This document shows, piece by piece, positions 1-6,910 of a DNA stretch of 6,910 nucleotides. Source of the DNA: Trichoplax adhaerens (Eukaryota > Animalia > Placozoa); assembly GCF_000150275.1 (NCBI RefSeq), contig NW_002061270.1:1-6910 (forward strand), written 5' to 3'. Both the position numbers and the translations under genes were made by a program. Under the pieces are notes generated by a model that ran no database searches, was not told where the DNA came from, and saw nothing but the letters and a program-made list of their open reading frames with translations. Within the stretch, counting starts at the first letter, position 1. Each line of letters starts with the position of its first letter.

Positions 1-10
1 TTTTTCCACA

Positions 11-440
11 CTCAAGATCTAATTTCATTCCTACTACATGGCATACAAATTTCATTTCACAGGAGAATAAACTATTCATTTACCTTACTGCAAACAGAAA
101 TTCACTTCGATAGTTACCAATATGCTATTATTGTCTAAAGTCATAATCTAATCTACGACAATAATTTTATTTATGAAGCAGTAACATAGTAGACTTCAAT
201 ATGTTATCTTGCGCGAGATCTAATTTGCTTACTACTGTACAGTACAGTATACTAATATTATTCCGTAGGATTATAATTTATTATTAAATGATACACACTT
301 TGACATTTGCTCTTATCATACTTATATTATCAAAAGCCATGATCCAGTAGGCGGCGACAATTTTATTAAGGACAAAGTAGAATACTTGATTTCAAAACAA
401 CAGCTAACTCGAGATCTGATTTGCTATTAGTACTACATTA
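11..440 (+). repeat. Degenerate ~200-bp tandem repeat upstream of the ATG (two copies plus the start of a third)
   Basis: AGATCT(A/G)ATTT...TACTAC recurs at 15, 216 and 412. Further blocks shared at about the same offset: AAAGTCATAATCTA (137) vs AAAGCCATGATCCA (333), CGACAATAATTTTATT (156) vs CGACAATTTTATT (355), and ACATAGTAGA vs ACAAAGTAGA. Confidence 0.65.
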
Positions 441-590
441 ATGATTGCAGTAACAAAGATTCGATTAAATAGTTAAAGCTTTTCTTGAATGCGTGATTGA
501 ATATATGTATAGGTTTTACCCCGTTGATTGATATTCGGCTATTATGCTTCAATCTCCACTTTAGTTTTGTATTGACTCAACCAGACAGTC

Positions 591-653
591 ATGAGTGATT
601 CAGCATTTGAAGGAGCAGGGAAAACGCCAGGATTAGAAATATGGCGTATCGAG
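591..653 (+). CDS. Coding exon 1 (MSDSAFEGAGKTPGLEIWRIE), start of G1
   Basis: ATG at 591, in-frame TGA upstream at 573-575, donor GTTAGT at 654, phase 0. Matches the family AG..PGL.IWRIE motif. Confidence 0.92.
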
Positions 654-3600
654 GTTAGTCTAAGCTCAAATACTTTAAAGAATCACTTCTATTTCAAAAT
701 TATACTAGATATACTGTTGTTCCTTTTTAAAATATCGTGTTATCGATGCGATTGATTTTTCAATTTATGGCTGTAACGAAATTTAGTATTGTGATTGTAG
801 ACTTTTAGCCATGTTAGTAAGATATACGAAGCGTAACTTTCTATATTTATCTTAAGACGTATTTAGTAGCTCGCAACTATGGACTATAATGGTAGATTCT
901 ATGCTATAGTACAGATAACTATATATAGTAAGGTGTTGTTACTATTTAGTCTAGAGGTAAAAATAGAACTGTAATTCATATATTAGGATATGCTTAGTTT
1001 ACCGTACTTTGACTGCTAAGAATAATATCGACGGAAACGCTGTAGTTGTTTCCATATGGGATTAATGATGGTCCGCTGTAAAATGTTGCCACTAATAATT
1101 ATAATAATTTGACTATGTGTAAATTAAGGTAGAATGTTGNNNNNNNNNNNNNNNNNNNNNNNNNNNNNNNNNNNNNNNNNNNNNNNNNNNNNNNNNNNNN
1201 NNNNNNNNNNNNNNNNNNNNNNNNNNNNNNNNNNNNNNNNNNNNNNNNNNNNNNNNNNNNNNNNNNNNNNNNNNNNNNNNNNNNNNNNNNNNNNNNNNNN
1301 NNNNNNNNNNNNNNNNNNNNNNNNNNNNNNNNNNNNNNNNNNNNNNNNNNNNNNNNNNNNNNNNNNNNNNNNNNNNNNNNNNNNNNNNNNNNNNNNNNNN
1401 NNNNNNNNNNNNNNNNNNNNNNNNNNNNNNNNNNNNNNNNNNNNNNNNNNNNNNNNNNNNNNNNNNNNNNNNNNNNNNNNNNNNNNNNNNNNNNNNNNNN
1501 NNNNNNNNNNNNNNNNNNNNNNNNNNNNNNNNNNNNNNNNNNNNNNNNNNNNNNNNNNNNNNNNNNNNNNNNNNNNNNNNNNNNNNNNNNNNNNNNNNNN
1601 NNNNNNNNNAAAATTTCATAATGGTGACTCTTATATATGCTTAAGTGTAAGTAATCTATACATTGAGAGCAAAATTCGATTTAATATCGTCTCATTTCGT
1701 TATAGAAGATCTGAAAAGGAAATGAGTCTCTCTTTCATAAATTACCCTTATTTGCTAATTCAACAATACATGATTCGACAAAAATACTATACCTCCAGCT
1801 ATCAAACAGTATACTGTCGCATATAATGTTCACATGCTAGCTCTTTATGAATAATTATTCTAATATTTTACAACAAGAATCGTAATGCACTACATTTTTT
1901 CGACTAAAACTGATTCTTAGATGATAATTGCGGCTAATGAGATGGATCATGGCAAAAATATTGTCCTATTGCATTATTAAAGTTTAAGTTAATCTACGGA
2001 CTAAAACTGGAATCAATATTGTTGTGTCACACACCACTAGTGACAAAGTAGTCTACACACGCCAATCCTTGCGGAGAACGCCACTTACTAACTTAAGGAG
2101 GCGAGATTAGCTATATCACCAAATAATTCAGTTCCAACGACCGAATACTATGGTACAATTATAGCGTCACAGATGATGTAGACGAGATAGTCAGAGATTT
2201 ACTATCATTTATTACTGAAGGAATCTTGGCACCCAAGATTATAGTCTTTACAATTAAATATCAATTTAAAAACTAGTTGACTATCTAACCGACTAACCAA
2301 CTAAAAAGGAATCTTCAGGCACCAGCCTTTTATAGTCTCGTCAGAAACTCCCGGTGCACATAATATAAAAGTATCCTTTTAAAGTTATAGGAATTATTAT
2401 GAATATTGTCATTAAAGACTTCAAATAATTAGGACGAGCTTACGCATCGTAACATGTTGCAAAATGGATAAAGGCAGAGATTGTTCACTTCTACTTCAGT
2501 AACCAAACTAGTGTTGCGACATACTGAATAGCGAGTGAAATAAATTAACAAGATTGTATCTCATATATATCTATGTTAAACTTGTCTTATAGAGACTATA
2601 AATGTACAATTTACTCGTATAGCTATTTTGAATATCACTTGCGTACGGGCTAGCCTTATTAAAGGTGTATACGAACTTCATAATTGTGTAGATAGAGAGG
2701 AATTAGATAAAATTGCAGTGAAATACTTTTTCAACAGAGGCTTATTACCTAGTTTGGAGCGGTCCTATCAGCGTTTAGCTAACTAAGATAGTATAAGTAG
2801 GTCATTGTAACTAGAAACGCTTAGTAGCAGCCAACTTAGATTAGCTATACTTCCAATAGAGAAAGTTATCTATGCCGCAATTGTGATATGGCACATACCA
2901 TGAGCATTAATTCTACCAGATGGAGCTAAATTAAGGAGGGTAACTGCATAGAACTAGTTTTATATGGAAGGCCCCTCTATCTTTGATCAAGACACTATTC
3001 TGTGCACTTAGCTGTATATAATGCGGATAGTGGTGGACCGATACGAAGATTAGAGAAGATATTTTGTGCACCATTCTTGTATATCAACTTTTTGCGCTAT
3101 TATAACATTTCTTAAATCTGGTAGTACTTGTGATTTATTAGAGATTATTATTACTGCACCAGGATATATTTACGAGTAAAATTTATAGACTAATATATTT
3201 TTAATCGAGTAAGAAAACAACAGGACAGAGAAACCTTTCATACTTACACATTAATATCTTTATTGAAATTATAGAGTAACAAAGAAGTAGTAAGTGTTAC
3301 CTAAACACATATTTTCTAGTATTAATGCAAATTCCAGCTATATTTCATTATCTATCATTTCATAGATCGCGCTAAATGTCACAATCTTTATCGCTATCCT
3401 ATGATTGAATAAAATGATGCTATTATTTGCTACCGTGTGTCAGAAAAGATATACTTCTCTGAAAAAATTATAATTCATGAATCTACAACCTGACTACTAA
3501 ATATTATCGAATTCATTTCGATTACGATTGATACGTTAGTAGGTAAGCAATCAGATGTATGTATTACTTAATTTCTGCCTTTTAAAATCTAATATACATA

Positions 3601-6600
3601 TTTAGACCAAGAAACAGAATAATAAGTTATCTTGGGATATTCATTTCTGGCTTGGTGAGACGACATCACAGGTAAACAAAAATAGACGCACTATTTCTTG
3701 ACGATCTAATTTATGCGATTAATTAATTATTTATTCAGGTTGTGCTGCCAGATAGATTACTAGTACATTTATGATGTACTGCATTTTTTTCAAGTTTAAT
3801 TTTTCTAATCTAAATTAAACATAAGTACATATATTAATTATATCACTAACATCGGAATCAGGATGAAGCTGGAGTTGCTGCTTATAAAACTGTTGAATTG
3901 GATGAGCTTCTTGGAGGTAGTCCTGTGCAATACCGAGAGGTAGCGTACCGTACTTTGTATCACATATACTTTCAGGATTAGTTAATAAATCAAGTTGTAG
4001 ATAAAGATTGGTAATACCGACAGCTTTAATTGATAGGCTTTTGCCTAAAATTTAAGTATTGTCCTAAATTATCATGAAAATACCTAATTTATTGTTCAAT
4101 TTGGCTTGTACATAAAATTCTTTTTTGTCATAGCTTAATTAATTTAACTCATAATTTATGGAAATTTCTACTGTAATGCATTAGCTCCTAGAAAATGTTA
4201 AACTTTAGCTTTTTATAAGTTTTTCTTTAGAGTTAAGGTTATAGCTATCGCTCAATCATTATCGGAGAGTTTGTAAACCTAGATAGTCATAATTCCGATA
4301 TAAATTTAGTTGCTTATCAGTAACAAACAATATATTATGCATATTAAGAATGAAATTAAATTAAAAATTAATAGATCTATAATTTCTTTAATTATATTAA
4401 CTACGATTTCAGCAGTTCTAGAATTGTCTTTTCCATTGACCTCTTGCTATAGATCCAGAATCATGAATCTAGAAAATTCTTGTCTTATTTTAAACAAGGA
4501 GTGCGGTAAAACATTAATTACATATCCTTATTTTTATTATTAATCAAATTTATCATACTTAAATTTAAATCTTCACATTCTAACCAGCTACATCGAAGGC
4601 GGTGTTGAGTCTGGTTTCAAAAAAGTGCAACGCGGTGTATATGAAAAAAAATTATTTCATATTAAAGGCAAACGCCTAGTCCGAATTTATTCAGTTAGTA
4701 TAGAACTAATACAAGTTGAGATAAACATTAATAATAAATATCATATACTAAATATACTAAATTGATGCATTATTTTAATCATCTTTCTAAGGTGGAAGTT
4801 AATGTAACATCATTAAATGATGGCGATTGTTTCATATTGGATGACGGCAAGAAAATTTATTGTTGGTGCGGTAAAGATAGTCGCAGGACGGAGCGGATAA
4901 AAGTAGTCCTTAAATTATAAATAAAAGAATAATTTACTTTTTTAATCCTAAATAATATTAACTAACTCACTCATTTATAGCGATCAAATACCTCTAAATT
5001 AGCATCAAAATTACAATTACTAGGCAATGGAGGTAGCTAGGAGCATTCGTGATGATGAACGCGGGGGTAAAGCTAAAATTTACATTATAGGTAGGTAAGA
5101 TAGCATCGAGGAAGATAAATTTTGTTTTCGACACCGATTTTATTCGGCTATCGATTTTAGTGTATCTACGATTATAATAAATAAATACGGCATGCAAATA
5201 ATCTATAATAATCATTGTAGATGGCCTTTTTTTAAGCAATAAACAACACATTCTATTCATGAATATACCTCANTTATAGACTAGAATATTTTAAGTATTC
5301 CTTGACAAAAACAGAAAATTAAATCAGCTAGTCCTATACATTACTAGATTTTGTCTTTTTCAGCTGTATGAGCTACTAATGAGTACTATTCTACCCAGCA
5401 GAATGTTAAATTGATTTTGATTACTAGTAAATGTCTCAAGTTTTATAATTGTAACACTTTTACGATGAATTTCCTTTCGAGCTATGATTTCATGAAATTA
5501 AATAATATCGTAAAGGACGATATCATAGACATTTAACTACGCGTATGTTACATTTCATAACTATTTATCATGTCGCAAAAATACAAAACTATACAAATAT
5601 TATAAATTTAATTTGATAAAAAGATGACGGAGTAGATCCTGACAGCAAATTTTTTGAAGCCTTGGGTGGATTTAACCGTGACCAAGTATTATCTGCTGAA
5701 GCCGTTGACGATGATGTTTCTTCAAAAAAAGATATTCATTTATACAGGTATGTAATAATTCATCTTGATTTGAGGTGGTAAAGTGAAATCTTTCTATAAA
5801 ATGTAAGATTAGGTTTTAATAGCTATCGAAATGTACTTTAATTTCGACGTTAAAACTTTAGAATTTCGGACGCTAGTGGGGACTTAGAAATGACGCAGGT
5901 CGATGAAAGACCATTAAAATATGAACATTTAGACCATAATGTAAGAATGTTGTTTAGTAAAACACTACAAACTACGTTGAAATCAGTTTTCATATCTACA
6001 AATATTATACACTACTATACATCAAATACTTGGTATAAATTAACGGTAGATGAAAGATTAAATTGTATATCGTCATTTAAAAAATTTGTTACCATGCTTT
6101 AATATAATTAATGATAATGAATAGCACTTAGTAAGGTATAGGCATCAGATTTAGATTTTCTGTTTTGAATACTAAGAATAATGCATTACGGCCAATTTTG
6201 ACAGGATTCTTTCATCTTGGATATCAGAGGCAACGAAATTTTTGTTTGGGTCGGTTCAAAATGCACCACAGCGGAGAAAACAAATGCAATGAGTCAAGCT
6301 GCAGTATGCTATTCAAATTAATTTAGCGTTTATTAGTACAACTAATTACATTATTCTATTACAGTTTCGATATTTTAAAAGTATATAGCATGTATCTCTT
6401 GAGATGTAAAAAGTCCCTAAATTTATAAAATCGATAACTTATTTCTAATATTAGTATTTGATTATTTAGACATTTATTGAAAAATTCAATTATCCTAAGT
6501 GGACTTGTGTTACTCGAGTAATAGATGGTGGAGAGAATTCTATTTTTAAGCAATTCTTCGTATCATGGCCGAATCGAAATATTCTCGTTGCAGCTCCTAA

Positions 6601-6847
6601 ATATAGTTCTAGTAATATCGGTAAAGTAGAAATACACATTGAAATTTAGAATTTGATGTTGACGAAAGGACTTTAATTTAATGTTAACTGATAACGTGAC
6701 TTCTTGGATACAAGTAAACTACTCATCTAATCGACATCCTTACTTATAGCTCAAGTATCACAAAATGAAATTGATGTGAAAGCACTGCACCATCAACTAA
6801 GTCTAAAGAGAGAAGTCTTGCCTGATAATGGGGATGGCTCTGTTACA
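591..6847 (+). CDS. Villin/advillin/gelsolin-family Ca2+-regulated actin-binding protein; multi-exon, 3'-partial (G1-G3 plus linker to G4)
   Basis: Spliced translation: MSDSAFEGAGKTPGLEIWRIE-[gap]-KFHNGDSYICLSTKKQNNKLSWDIHFWLGETTSQDEAGVAAYKTVELDELLGGSPVQYREIQNHESRKFLSYFKQGVRYIEGGVESGFKKVQRGVYEKKLFHIKGKRLVRIYSVEVNVTSLNDGDCFILDDGKKIYCWCGKDSRRTERIKAMEVARSIRDDERGGKAKIYIIDDGVDPDSKFFEALGGFNRDQVLSAEAVDDDVSSKKDIHLYRISDASGDLEMTQVDERPLKYEHLDHNDSFILDIRGNEIFVWVGSKCTTAEKTNAMSQAATFIEKFNYPKWTCVTRVIDGGENSIFKQFFVSWPNRNILVAAPKYSSSNIAQVSQNEIDVKALHHQLSLKREVLPDNGDGSVT. Gelsolin-repeat motifs are present (GLEIWRIE, GDSY, IHFWLG..TSQDE.G.AA, GGVESGF, GDCFILD, LYRISDASG, IFVWVG). All visible junctions are GT-AG with compatible phases. 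Confidence 0.96.
1140..1609. other. Assembly gap (470 N)
   Basis: Continuous N run from 1140 to 1609. A single further N lies at 5273. Confidence 0.99.
1610..1646 (+). CDS. Visible 3' part of coding exon 2 (KFHNGDSYICLS); 5' part lost in the N gap
   Basis: Matches the G1 motif G.F..GD.Y..L. Consensus donor GTAAGT at 1647, phase 0. Confidence 0.9.
2218..2338 (+). repeat. Imperfect ~30-bp direct repeat pair in intron 2
   Basis: AAGGAATCTTGGCACCCAAGATTATAGTCT (2218-2247) and AAGGAATCTTCAGGCACCAGCCTTTTATAGTCT (2306-2338), offset 88 bp. Confidence 0.6.
3606..3671 (+). CDS. Coding exon 3 (TKKQNNKLSWDIHFWLGETTSQ)
   Basis: Acceptor TTTAG 3601-3605, donor GTAAAC at 3672, DIHFWLG motif. Confidence 0.93.
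3862..3939 (+). CDS. Coding exon 4 (DEAGVAAYKTVELDELLGGSPVQYRE), G1 actin-binding helix
   Basis: Branch-like CACTAAC 3844-3850, acceptor CAG ending 3861, donor GTAGCG at 3940. Confidence 0.93.
4453..4505 (+). CDS. Coding exon 5 (IQNHESRKFLSYFKQGVR)
   Basis: Acceptor TAG ending 4452, donor GTAAAA at 4506, phase 2. Q.HES..F.SYF motif. Confidence 0.92.
4588..4693 (+). CDS. Coding exon 6 (YIEGGVESGFKKVQRGVYEKKLFHIKGKRLVRIYS), G1-G2 linker and start of G2
   Basis: Acceptor CTAACCAG ending 4587, donor GTTAGT at 4694. Contains GGV.SGF and the basic KLFHIKGKR segment (PIP2/F-actin binding in homologues). Confidence 0.93.
4792..4902 (+). CDS. Coding exon 7 (VEVNVTSLNDGDCFILDDGKKIYCWCGKDSRRTERIK), G2 core
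   Basis: Acceptor AAG ending 4791, donor GTAGTC at 4903, SLN.GDCFILD motif. Confidence 0.92.
5024..5090 (+). CDS. Coding exon 8 (AMEVARSIRDDERGGKAKIYII)
   Basis: Acceptor TAG 5021-5023, donor GTAGGT at 5091, phase 1. IRD.ERGG.A motif. Confidence 0.9.
5624..5747 (+). CDS. Coding exon 9 (DDGVDPDSKFFEALGG...KKDIHLYR), end of G2 and G2-G3 linker
   Basis: Acceptor AAG 5621-5623 (weak; an in-frame alternative TAG lies at 5633-5635), donor GTATGT at 5748, phase 2. Confidence 0.85.
5862..5940 (+). CDS. Coding exon 10 (ISDASGDLEMTQVDERPLKYEHLDHN), G3
   Basis: Acceptor TTTAG ending 5861, donor GTAAGA at 5941. The LYR|ISDASG motif spans the junction. Confidence 0.92.
6205..6303 (+). CDS. Coding exon 11 (DSFILDIRGNEIFVWVGSKCTTAEKTNAMSQAA), G3
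   Basis: Acceptor CAG 6202-6204, donor GTATGC at 6304, D.FILD...IFVW.G motif. Confidence 0.93.
6470..6620 (+). CDS. Coding exon 12 (TFIEKFNYPKWTCVTRVIDGGENSIFKQFFVSW...SSNI), end of G3
   Basis: Acceptor TTTAG ending 6469, donor GTAAAG at 6621, phase 1. YP.WT.V..V.DGGE...FKQFF..W motif. Confidence 0.92.
6750..6847 (+). CDS. Coding exon 13 (AQVSQNEIDVKALHHQLSLKREVLPDNGDGSVT), G3-G4 linker
   Basis: Acceptor TATAG ending 6749, donor GTAAAA at 6848. Resembles the IA.V.Q..FD...LH...DDG.G linker that precedes G4 in six-repeat family members. Confidence 0.88.
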
Positions 6848-6910
6848 GTAAAAAATCAATAAGAGAATAATCTTACTGTGATATCTTTAAATACTATGTA
6901 TATCGAAATA

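Noticed and set aside
1033-1091. GGAAAC/GTTTCC hairpin and repeated CGCTGTA..TGTT.CCA near the gap
   Set aside because: Too short to separate from chance.
1113-1826. Supplied ORFs 1113-1619 (-) and 1134-1826 (+)
   Set aside because: They stay open only because they run through Ns. Only KFHNGDSYICLS (1611-1646) is real exon, and the rest is intron read-through.
2173-2218. C/D-box snoRNA-like motifs (ATGATGT...CTGA)
   Set aside because: The C box is imperfect, the span is too short (about 46 nt), and there is no clear terminal stem.
2094-2939. Two perfect Shine-Dalgarno-like TAAGGAGG sequences (2094 and 2932)
   Set aside because: They lie in a eukaryotic intron with no correctly spaced start codon or substantial ORF downstream.
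3023-3040. ADSGGP peptide resembling the trypsin-family GDSGGP motif in intron 2
   Set aside because: It lacks the preceding Gly and Cys context, sits in a short stop-bounded frame, and no other protease motifs are nearby.
3851-4300. Short inverted repeats ATCGGAAT/ATTCCGAT and TATCGGA/TCCGATA around exon 4
   Set aside because: Only 7-8 bp long, which is expected by chance at this length.
4310-4543. 77-aa + strand ORF
   Set aside because: Mostly AT-rich intron, overlapping exon 5 in the wrong frame, with no recognisable motif.
4522-4584. ATATCCTT, an AT-AC U12 donor-like sequence in intron 5
   Set aside because: Using it would include an in-frame TAA right after exon 5, and the GT-AG intron 4506-4587 already gives the conserved protein.
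4994-5260. 88-aa - strand ORF
   Set aside because: Antisense to exon 8 and intron 8, with no family motif.
5890-6102. 70-aa + strand ORF
   Set aside because: The first 17 aa are exon 10 from an internal Met, and the rest is intron 10 after the GTAAGA donor.
6359-6553. 64-aa - strand ORF
   Set aside because: Antisense shadow of exon 12 and intron 11.
1-6910. CRISPR array, tRNA/rRNA, transposase or nested gene
   Set aside because: No regular repeat-spacer pattern, cloverleaf, terminal inverted repeats with target duplication, or second coding signal was seen by eye.

Overview
This window is AT-rich eukaryotic genomic DNA, not prokaryotic; it looks like a compact invertebrate genome (an early-branching metazoan such as a placozoan is a guess). 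It holds the 5' part of one + strand, intron-rich villin/gelsolin-family actin-severing/capping gene, which I spliced by hand. There are 13 coding exons, all visible splice sites are GT-AG, and the phases join. Exons: 591-653, (~1572, inside the N gap)-1646, 3606-3671, 3862-3939, 4453-4505, 4588-4693, 4792-4902, 5024-5090, 5624-5747, 5862-5940, 6205-6303, 6470-6620, 6750-6847. They give about 390 aa covering gelsolin repeats G1-G3 and the G3-G4 linker, and the gene continues past the window end. A 470-N gap (1140-1609) hides most of exon 2. The supplied ORFs are artefacts or partial overlaps with exons. The most notable points are a villin-type exon structure (compared from memory) combined with a gelsolin-type G2 cysteine pair, a degenerate ~200-bp tandem repeat upstream of the ATG, and competing splice sites at intron 8. 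I found no strong evidence for a wholly new system.
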